Shown in pieces: positions 25,401 to 37,400 of a stretch of DNA of 64,000 bases. The notes beneath the pieces are model-generated. The model saw only the letters and a program-made list of their open reading frames with translations. It ran no database searches and was not told the origin of the DNA. Source of the stretch: Antedon mediterranea. Taxonomy: Eukaryota > Animalia > Echinodermata. The DNA lies in assembly GCF_964355755.1 (NCBI RefSeq), contig NC_092677.1, positions 15,584,101 through 15,648,100 of the forward strand, written 5' to 3'. Positions within the stretch are counted from its first letter, which is position 1. Every line of letters starts with the position of its first letter. The position numbers and the translations under genes are program-made.

Positions 25401-28400
25401 ATTCTTATACAATTTTTACCAATATTTACATTGGTCTTTTTCTATGAAATTATATCATTTTTACAGGAAAATTGAATCTGGCGAATCTTCAAATAGCAAA
25501 AATTACAGTAGCTAGGGAGTTTGTTTCCTATCCAATCCCAGCTCATAAACATACATTGCAAGAGAAAATCAGGTAGACCTCCGTGGAATAAACATTGTAC
25601 AACCAGACAAGCACAATAATATTTATTTTGTGATAATTGTCCAGTATAACAAATGTTGAAATGACAGGGAATGTTTATAAAAGGCTACTCAGAAGAAAAA
25701 TGGTTTTAACCCCCAATCAGGAAATATTATCAAAGTGTTCTATTTTTTTAGGTTCAGGTTTTAATTTGAGCATTTATTTTCCCTTCATCAACATTAGTTG
25801 ACAAGGTGATACAATGTTAGAAATTTGATTATTGGCTCCCACCTTTAATTAAAGACCCCTTCCCTGCAATTTTGGACGTTTTTGGAAAATAATACATATA
25901 TCACTTTAAAAACATGTTATATCATTCCTTGTCTTAAATGCACGTTTTATGGTAAATTATGATAAAAAGTGAGAAACAATGCACTACCTAAGTAGCTCGC
26001 GGCGATCGACCTCTCGTGGACGGTCTTAGGCCTAGCCAATAGCTATAGGCTTAGTTTTGTAGGCCTAGCTGGTAAACATCGGTAACGTACGAACATCGTA
26101 CGCTAGCTATATACCTAGCCTGACGTTGTATAGTTGCTGCATTAATTGTCTTTCTATTTTTGCCAGACTCCGTTGATACAAATTGGGGAAAACCCGGTAT
26201 TTTCGCTGAAAAGTTAGGAGTCTTCCATTTGTTTTGGCCTCACGATCGATCGAAAAGTGGGCGAATTACAGGTGAAAAACAAAAATATCAATCCGCGCGC
26301 AATGCATTTTGGGATTTATAGCGGGCCGCTATAATTATTAGAATCGACTTATTTTTTTACATTTTTAACCGTTTAAAGACGAAAAAAGTTATCGCAATAG
26401 GACCATATAGTATTATTTTTACATTAAATATAGTTTGTGATCTTAAATTAGATCTAAAAAATGTAGGGAAGGGGGCTTTAAGTACTTTCTCAACTGAAAG
26501 CAGATCAAATTTAGGTTACTCATCCTCATCATCATTAGTATGATCATCAGTATCAAATCTATTAAAAATGCATCTATCCATCATAGAGTTTGAAAGCCTT
26601 TAGAGCATTAACTTTAGAAGTACATTAACATTATAGTATGATTGTAATGAAGGTATGTTTCTAATGTCAAACTCACATGGCATCAACCCTTCCTTCCAAT
26701 ATTGTGTCTTCACTTGTAATAAAAGATGGTAACGTGACTGACACTTCAAATTTGGGCAGGACATACTCTTCTATGGTGAACAACTGGTATGCAGATACAT
26801 CCTAGTTTGAGGAATACAGAAATTTCACAATATTTCTACAATATCAATATAAAATGGCAAGGTACAATTCAAAAGAGTGATAAGAACAGTGTTTTTAACC
26901 AGTCATTACCAGTTAATTCTTGAATTTTGAAATGTATGTAACTGCACATTCAGTGGGATATGCATCTTTTTTTTTTAGAAAAAAGGTCAAACAGATATTA
27001 GTTGATAATTTAAGGTGGTTGATAAAATGAATAAGAGGTGTAGTAGATACAGTAGAACAGGTTCTCTGAATTTTATGTGCATGCTGCCAGATAGTCACAT
27101 ACATGTCAAATCCCACGTATAATTGTGAAATCTCAAGCAAGCAGCTATCTCAAACTTTACATGTATGTTGTGTCGCACTTTGTAATAATTGTCGCACTTT
27201 GTAACACATGCTTGTCGCACTTTGTAATAACTTTTTTTCCAGGATTTTACAACTATATCAATGGGTTAGTTTTTTTTATAGTAAATCTGATAATACAATT
27301 AAGGCCATAGTCAAATATGAGTGACTCAATGTACTAACTACGCTTTTGAACGCTTCAAATGTGCGTATTGTGGTCAAACTACAGTTGTCGCCGCGTACAC
27401 ATTTATTAAAAATAGACTAAAAGATCAAGGTCATTCAGCACTGTTACAGGCACATTTACCGCTTTATTTACTACTTGTTTTAAAGAGTTTATGTTTTTCG
27501 CCACAACCAGTCATAATATTCAAATCGCAGCGAAAGTAAAAAATAGGTGGCGCTGTTGTATTTCAAAAGCAATTATAGTATAAAACAAAGTATTTTCCAA
27601 ACACGCCATGTGACCCACATTCGTCCAATCATATGATAGGAATTTATTTAGGTGTTATATAATAAGCTGCAGGAAACCTGAACAGTGGTCAATCCTCAAC
27701 ATCATTCCGATACCGAAGTCAGGGGACCTCAGTAAGGCTGGAAACTACAGAGGCATCAGTCTAAGTTCAATTGTCGCCAAGATCTTTAATAAAATGATAC
27801 TCAACAGAATCAGACCAGAGCTTGATGACCATACGCACAAACCGGAATGGCTTTAGAGAAGGGAGAACAACTGTAAGCCACATTCTTGCTCTAAGACGCA
27901 TAATAGAAGGTGCAAAATTGAACAACTGCCTATCATCACATTCATCGACTTTAAGAAGGCATTTGACACTATTCACCGTGGGAAGATGCTTTCAATTCTT
28001 AAGGCGTATGGAATTCCAAGAGAGACTGTTGATGCTATTGGGACTATGTATCAAGGTACTTAGGCTAAAGTGGTCACACCTGACGGAGATACTGAGACTT
28101 TTAACATTCTAGCGGGTGTACTTCAGGGAGACACTCTAGCTCCATATCTCTTTGTTATTGCTCTTGATTATGCAATGAGGAAAGCAATAGATGGAAAAGA
28201 GGAAGACTTGGTTTCCAACTTGTTCGGAGGCAAAGCAGGAGAGTTGGCCCCAAAGTACGCACAGACTTAGACTTTGCTGATGACATCGCCTTCCTGTCAA
28301 AGGAAGTACATCAGGCACAAGACCTTCTATACAGAGTGGAAGCATCAGTAGCATCTGTGGGGCTAGCAATGAACACCAAGAAGACCAAATACATGACCTA

Positions 28401-31400
28401 CAACCAAACATTCTAAGGATGGATACTGGCTTGGAGGGAGCAGAAGTGGAAACAGCTATGACAGACAAGAAACTTTGGAGGGCCATGGTGGTTCGAGGAC
28501 TCCACTCGCCATAATGATGATGATGAAATAACGATATAATAAGCGCTGTTGTATGTTGCGCACGTATATCATACCAGTACTACACGTATTGCTATTGTGT
28601 ACGTAGAAAACAAAATAAAGTGTTCTTGTAAGTTGCGCATGTGCACGATACTATTATTATTATTATAAGTAACAAGTATATACATATATAGTACAGTGTA
28701 TACAAGTAACCAAGCGATCAAGCGGTTAAGGTAGGAGCACCGCAAACCATATCTGTACAATCAACACAGGTTCAAATCACTCCTTGACCATTGTTCTGGT
28801 GGTAGAACAAAACATTTCAGAAGGACTTAAAATTGGAGGATTGATCTTCAAAGTGGAGGTTACGGATGGCTTATTATATTAAATGTTTTCTTGAAAGAAA
28901 ACAACAAAAATCGTTATAAATAAATGTTATTGGTCCAAAATGTAACTTCATTTTTACAAATACTTTTTTAACAGAAAGAATTAGCCCAAGCATTAGTTTT
29001 AAAACATTTTTGAATCTTTTCGTTGTCTGAATTGTGATTTTTAGGCTTAAGTCTGTAAACTACAGTACTTATTTTTAAGTAAATCGGTCATAGTGTTCTG
29101 ATTTAATTTTCCTTGTCATAAGTTTGTTTGTTTGTTTATATTTATACTGGGCGACCTCTTCAGTCAAAGACTGGTCTCCCAGAGGGCCCAGTTGGTGATC
29201 AGTGGCTGTGATGTACTAATACATTTATGCTGCTTTGGTACATAGCATTTGTTTTGTATGTATATTTTTAGTTTAAGTATTAGACAGGTATTACAAAGTG
29301 CGACAATTATTACAAAGTGCCACGCAACACATATATGTGGGTCACTTTCACAAGCCCTATAAGGGCGAATCAAATCAAACTTATTTTTCATTCATTTAAA
29401 TCTTGAAGATAAAAAATAAACTTGCATTCATACTGTAGATTATCATGAATGTTATACTTACACCAGATGTTGCATTGATACTCCAATCACCAAGTACTGG
29501 CTGAGTTGACATTAGTAATTCTTCCACTACTACACCTGTTGAGGGCGCTTGATAATCGGTCCACTGCTGGATCAGGTTTCCTAATGGGTCCTAATTAAGA
29601 TAAATACTGTATTATACCCGTTTATTATAAAACTATGCAATTAAATGAAAATAATTAATAAATTTGATTATTTTTTTAGCAATTTTTAAAGAAGGTGATA
29701 AATCTGATTTAAATAATTACCGCCCAATTAGTGTCTTGCCAATTGTATCTAAGATTATTGAACGTGCTGTGCACAATCAAGTATGTAAGATTTTAACAAA
29801 AAATAATATTTTAAACCCATCACAATCTGGTTTTAGAAAGAAACATTCCACAAGTACACTTTTAGATGTATCTGACTATATTCTAAATAATTATAAGGAT
29901 GGTAATGTAACTGCTGCAATATTTTTAGATTTAAAAAAAGCTTTTGATACTGTTAATCACAAGTTACTTATTATTATATTATTATATTGCTAATTTTAAG
30001 GAAATTGGTATATGTAATGATGCCCTAACTTGGTTTACTTCATATCTAAGTTATAGATCACAAGTTGTAAATGTAAACAGTTCAATTTCTGATTTAAGAG
30101 AAATTGACATTGGAATTCCACAGGGCTCTATTTTAGGTCCTTTGTTATTTATTATATATGTAAATTCTCTTCCTGATGCTGTTGATTGTAAATGTGTTAT
30201 GTACACTGATGATACCACTCTATTATGTAGCTTCTCAAATCCTATAACTCTGCAAAACAATCTAAACTCAAATTTTTGTAAAATATCAAAATGGTTTAGA
30301 TAAACAACAGATTGACTTTGAATGTCAAAAATACTAAACTTAAGGTATTTGGTACTAGTCAATTATTATATAACTTCCAAAATATTTTACTTAATGATAA
30401 TGGAACTAACATTGAAAGAGTGGAATCATTTAAAGATGTATTGAAAAATGAAGATTAATTAAATAAAATTTTTAATATGTTATTTTGTAGTTTTAATAAA
30501 GTTAATCACTTCAGTAGAAAAAAAAATGTTTTCACTTATAAATTGACTAAATAAATGGTTAAATTTCACCAAAAACCATTGGCTGGCAGCCAATTTGACA
30601 TTTTTTTGGCTTTGAATTACAGTTTTTTCAGTTAAATACATTTTTTTTCGATCCAGTTTTTGGTCAAAGTGGATAATTATTATGTGAAATTAAAATGGCA
30701 TATTAAAAAAAAATGTAAAAATTGACATGGTAGGATGAAATAAATAGTATATCATCAGAAGTTTCTAAACGAATAGGGGTAATACGGCGTGTGAAATACT
30801 ACTTGCCATCTCATACAACTATTATGCTAGCAAATTCTCTTGTAATGCCATTGTTTGACTATAGTAGTGCTGTATGGACTAATTGTACAAATCAAACTTT
30901 AAATACACTTCAAATAATTATGATTAAATAGATTAGGTAGAGTTCTGTTATCCGCAGATATATATACACCAATAAATGATATTTTTAATACACTTAATTG
31001 GGTTACACTAAATGAAATATGGAGGGAACATCTACTATTTACAACTTTCAAATGAATTAATGGCCATTCACCATCATATTTATCCTCAATGTTTAAGTGT
31101 AATGACTCCCTCCACCACAAATGCACCCATAGCCAAAGTTGTAAAAAATTATTAACACCATATTGGAAAAATGCTCAAGGTAAAAGAACCTTCAAATATC
31201 ATCTAAGTGATCCTACATTTTTTTTTTTTTTTTTTTTTTAAACTGTTTTATTTACTTTTAAACTTATAACTGGACCATTTTGGAAAGCAGTACTGCGTTA
31301 CCGAAAATGCAATCCAGTCAAAAGAAAGAATAAATAAATAAAATAATTAAAAACAGAAACTTAAGAAGAGCAAACAACTACAAATTGGATAGATGATGTC

Positions 31401-34400
31401 ATGTATTCATGCAGAAAAAATATGAATTGAAACAAATGGGCAGCTGCACCTCAAAAGCCCTTGTCAAAATATAATAAGGATCTACCAAACAGTTTTGTTT
31501 AATATATACAACCAGACATAAAACTCTGCAACACAATAATATCTGTCATTGTATATCATGGTACTAGCTATCAACAATGTTGTTTAATTTTATTTATTTA
31601 TTTTAACTATTTAATTTGGATTCAATGGTAAATGTTTAATTTGTATTTAATACCTTGATTTCGATGTCATAGTTCACCATCCGTTGAGAAAGGTCAGGGT
31701 TTATAGCAAAAATCCTGTATTTGACTTTAACAAAAAGAACAAAATTGAAAGGAGTGTTTAAACTGTTTTAAAATATCCATTTGCAACCAAAATAACATAA
31801 GTGTCAAAATGATAATTTTTTTATTTTATTCATTTCGGCAATAAACATAAAATAATAATTACAAAACATAGAAATATATATATATGAAGTACAAGACAGT
31901 GACACGAAGCCGAGGAGAGACAAAAGCATTAAACAAAACGCTGTCACTGGTAAGGTGTGTCTCTCCAACACAAAAATTACAAATAACAAGAATATATACT
32001 AAAATAACATAGACATTTCACAAAATAAAAAAAAAGGATTTAAAAAGTTAAAAAGTTTCTCTCCGACATTTAAAATATTGCTTTTGAGATAATTTAAAAT
32101 TAATAAATGAACCATTAACAAAAATATCGCGAATCTCATTGGGTATGGAATTCCAAGTTCTAGTGAATCTGGTCGGGATTCAAAATTTTGACATATCATT
32201 ACTGGAGCGAAGATGCTTGAAAGTGAGGGTATCATGACGATTATTAACTATGAGCAAATTATAAATAATAGATCTTTGATGATAAAGTAAAACATTGCAA
32301 ACAAATAGAACAGTATAACAATCTCTAATGGCGATAGTGGATGGGGTATCAAGAGTGTCTAGTCTCCCCTCATATGACTGTTCCTGACGACGTTGATGTA
32401 AAATCAACCGGGTGGCCCTTCTCTAGATTTGCTCAATCATTTGATTTTGACATATGCGATAAGGGTACCACACCTCGCAACAGTACTGTATATGAGAGAG
32501 GACTAGACACTGGTATAATTTTAAAAGAACGGGTGTAGAACAACCACCAGCAATTGCTCTAACAAGACCCAGTTTACAACCTCATGGACTTGTTTAGACC
32601 ATGACAAATCACCGGATATGTACACGCACACATTTTTCAGATGTTTAACATGTGCAATAACCTGATCGTTAAGTACATAGTCATTAGAAGATGGAGCTCT
32701 TTTTCAATCGATAGACAGGATGTTACATTTAGTAGGGTTTAAAATAATTTTGTTTAAAATTGACCATTCAGAGATTTTGTTAATGTCTCTCTGTAAGGAA
32801 ATAAAATCACAATAAGAATAAACTGCTTTACTTAAAAATGTATCGTCAGCATATTGGTACGGTTTATTTTCCAAGTGAAGATTTTTTGTCATTCACGTAA
32901 ATGTTGAACAGTAAATGTTGAACAGTAATGGCCCAAGACTGACCCCTGGGGGACACCTGACTTGACTAAACACCAGTCAGATTGGACACCATTCAAAATT
33001 AATCTTTGCTTACGACCAGATAAGAAAGAGTTAATCCATTTTAATAATACACCGCCAACACCATACGTTTTTGAAAGCTTATTTACCAGAATGTCATGCA
33101 AGATGGAACAAAATGCCCTACTGTAATCAAGAGCCACGACATCCAATCAAATTGGTGTTTTATTTTCAGGTGGAGATATGCTCTAAAAATCCGTAAAATT
33201 TCAGTGAAAGGTATTTTTAACCTGCTTACTCGTTTGTCCTGGTTTATAGATGGCTTTGTCAGTTTGAATGTAGATGGAAAATCCCTTTGAAACAAACTTC
33301 AAAGTTTTCTCTTCATTAAATGTAACGCCACCTGTTCCTAAAACTTGCAGTTTGTAAGTGCCACTGGCACTGGCACCATCTGGTACCTGAAAAGACAATT
33401 TGATCTCTTGTTGTAAGTGATGGATCCAGAAATTTGGTTTGAGTTTATGTATAAATTATGCTTAATTCTGACATAGGCAAGGACAATGGAAAAACTTTGG
33501 GACAAATCTCCGCCTTGAATACCTACCTCATCTATCTCAGATGTACAGAGAAACGTAGATTTGATAACATTAGTTCTCTCACTATTACGATATTGTTACA
33601 TATTTCTCTGGAGCTAAGAAAATTTAGAAAAATAGAGTTGGAGGTCCCGTAAATTGAACTTAATTATTATACTTCAAAACATGAAACAAAATATATAAGT
33701 CCCTATCATGGTTGGGACTGAGCTAAACAATTTTGTGAAAAATAGAGCTGTTAGTGAAAACAGTTTGTATTACAATATTGTAATTTTATGTAGGGGGATA
33801 TCCTTCCTTGGGTTCGTCTAGCACTAGCCATCAGTGCAACCTCGGTGGTCTAGAGGTACGAACGTAAGGCTAGTGATCTGGAGGAAGTGGCTTTGAGTCC
33901 CACCTTAAAATTACTTGCACATATTTTCAAAAGTAGTACAATTATTAACTACAATTATATCAGAATTTCATCTTACAAATTTTAAAATTTATAATTTCAA
34001 TATTTAAAGATAAATATATAAATGTCCCCCTGAAAAAATTAATTTTTTAAATGTTTTTGTTGAATATGCCATTTTAATGTCACATATTATTGAATAAAAT
34101 TTATCGAAAACAACATTAACTGAAAAAAACAATTTAATGCAAAAAAATAGTCAAATTAACATTTTTCCAAGGATACTTCCTTGTAGGACTAAACAGGCTA
34201 GATCTCTGATTGACCTTCATCAGACAAGTAAGATTTAAACAATTGTAAAATTTAAGATTCAAATAATTCTTCAGCAAGAAGCTCAATTCTTAACTGTGGG
34301 ATGTTTTAAAGAGTTTCAGACTTTAGTTCTTTGGGTGCAACTAGAGTTGATGGTTTTTACAATGGCCAATATTTCAGATCTTTGATGACACTAAAGTTAC

Positions 34401-37400
34401 TGGGAGTAATGAAGCATGAACAACATGTTCAATCTCCAATTGTCAGTATTAAAATCATTTTCGAGACACACTTAAAATACAACTATTATTTAGTACTTAC
34501 TAGGTCAAAGTATGGAACAAGTTTTTGTTTTGAAAATTGATTTTTCACAGAAAGTTTGTTTGAAATTTAAAGTCATGCCTGATCTCTATTTACAACATTT
34601 TAGTACAAAAGAATAGGGATTTTACTGTGTAATTTTAAATAATCTCCCTGCGTATAAGTTATTTTTAACTAAATTGTGCAAAACAAAAATAATAATTTTA
34701 ATGTCACATAATTATTGAATAAAATCTATCGAAAACAACATTAACTGAAAACAATTTAATGCAAAAAATAGTCAAATTGATTGTTGACAACAATAAAATT
34801 AGTGACAACATTTTTCCAAGGATACTTCCTTGTAGGATTTAAGGGGCTAGATCTCTGATTCACTACCTTCAGACCAGTAAGATTTAAACAATTGTAAAAT
34901 AAGATTCAAATAATTCTTCAGCAAGAAGCTCAATTTTTAACTGTGGGATGTTTTAAAGTGTTTCAGACTTTTAGTACTTTGGATGCAACTAGAGTTTGGT
35001 TTATATATTTGTTTGACGGTTTTTACAATGGCCAATATTTCAGATCTTTGATGACATTAAAGTTAGAAATATAGTATGCCATGTAACCATCTTAAAAAAA
35101 TTTATGAGTCATATTAGGCCTATAACAGAATATGCATGTCCTGTCTGGCATTTTGGATTAACTGATGCACAGACTAAAGAATTAGAGAGTATACAGAAAC
35201 GTGCTTGCAGAATTATTCTTGGCCAGCAATTTGAATTGTATGGTCAAGCACTTGAACTGCTTAGTCTACCTCAACTGAAAGTTAGATGGGAATCATTGTT
35301 ACTTGAAGTTGCCAAAGGTATTGACAAAAGTTTACCCAATGCATTAACCAAAAGTAGAGCGGACACATGTGGAAGGGTCCTTAGAAACAGTGGAAATCTC
35401 AGCGAGTTTTTCTGCAGAACGAAAAGATACAGAAATTCTTGTTTCCCTGCACTTTGCCGACTAATTAATAACAATAACTGATCTCTTCTCCCGCCCACCG
35501 CACCCCCTCCCAACTTGCTACTTGCATTTTCCTGGTTTTGATTTGGCTTTTACATTGATTACCGTTTTTGTTTTGTTTTTAGTAGTAATTACGATAATAA
35601 TAACAATGTGATAATAATAATAGTAAAAATAATAATAATAGAAAAATGAATTTTAACAATTTTAATCAAAACAATATCACAATGTCGATTTTAATGTTTT
35701 AGCAAATGGTAACGTCCTGTTTTGTGTAACAGTTTTTTTGCTACGATATTTTGATTTTATATTCTTCTTCGACTTAATGATGTTCAGAGATTTTAATGTT
35801 TTTAACTGTTTGATGTTCAGAGATTTTAATGTTTTTAACTGTTTTTTATTATTGTGCAATTTTTATATGTAATTTACTCTCAATTCAATGTATATTGCAA
35901 TGAGTAGAATGAATAAAACCAGATATAAATATAAATATAAAGTTACTGGGAGTAATGAAGCATGAACAACATGTTCAATAACCAATTGTCAGTATTAAAA
36001 TCATTTTTGAGACACTTACAATATAACTATTATTTAGTACTTACTAGGTCAAAGTATGGAACAAGTTTTTGTTTTGAAAATAGATTTTTCACAGAAAGTT
36101 TGTTTGAACTTTAAAGTCATGCCTGATTTCTATTTACAACATTTTAGTACAAAAGAATACGGATTTTACTGTGTAATTTTAAATAATCTCCCTGCTTATA
36201 AGTTATTTTTAACAAAATTGTGCAAGACAAAAATAATCTGAAAAATTATGAAACATAGAGGAATTAGCTATAGATTGATAATTATTGGAATGTATGATCA
36301 ATATGAATTTTTTTCCTGCTCCTGGCCTTTCATTAAAACATTTTAAATTATTTAAAAACTATTTTATAACTAGATTTGAACTTATCCGTCGCACAAACGC
36401 CACATGCACATCATACGTTAGAATATTGGGCACAAAAAACCCATTCCATTGCGACCTGAAGAAAATGCGCTCTCTATTTTGTGTCTAATTATATATACAG
36501 TATACACTATATACTGTTTACATACTACATACAGTGCAGAGGTGAAAGTAACGGGACCCGCCTTTAATTCCAATTTTTAACATGACGTCATCAAAATGAA
36601 ACATGTAGATAGCAATTTTGGAAGGGATTATCTGAGCAACAACATATTAAGGTATTGAAGAAATTTGGATACATAGAATATGGATGCACGCTCTTTTAAA
36701 TGTCATGAACTATGATGCAATGATATCAAAATACAACTTTTATAACTCAACTGGCCATATGATGATGTCACATCTGATGCGCAAAATTTGTACATGTGTA
36801 TCTACAATCCAACAGCTTCCAGTAAACGTTTTAATCATGAGTGTCACTTTTCATTCTGAGGAGCTATAACATATTGAAATTTATTGACATGATGAAAATA
36901 AGTGACCCAAGTTATTCACGCTTTTGCACATGACGACATCATCAAAATTTAATCATGCGAAAGATAATTGATTGACCTAGACAATATCAAAATCTAGGGG
37001 AAAATGGAAAACGGATATTTGGAGATGCGCTCTATTAAATGTCATGAGCTATGACAAAAGAGACAAAAATCCTATATTTTATATTCGGGTGGCCATATAA
37101 TGATGTCACAACTTCCTGAATACGTAATAAAAATAACTTTCACTGTTAGTTTAGAAACTATGACTGTTTAAAAAAAGGCATAATTTTTACGAATTTGTTT
37201 ACTTTTTCATCAAAAACGAGTGAAAATTGTCCAATTCGATGTGCTCATATGACATTGAAATTGTTTAAAAGCTGGTAAAATTAATAGAAAGTAGAAATGG
37301 CTGGAAAAACATAAATCACATGAAAAAAAAAGTTGTTTTTATTGCTATGTGCCTACCACGAGAAATGTTTATATGCTTAAAATGACAAGAAACGCAGTTT

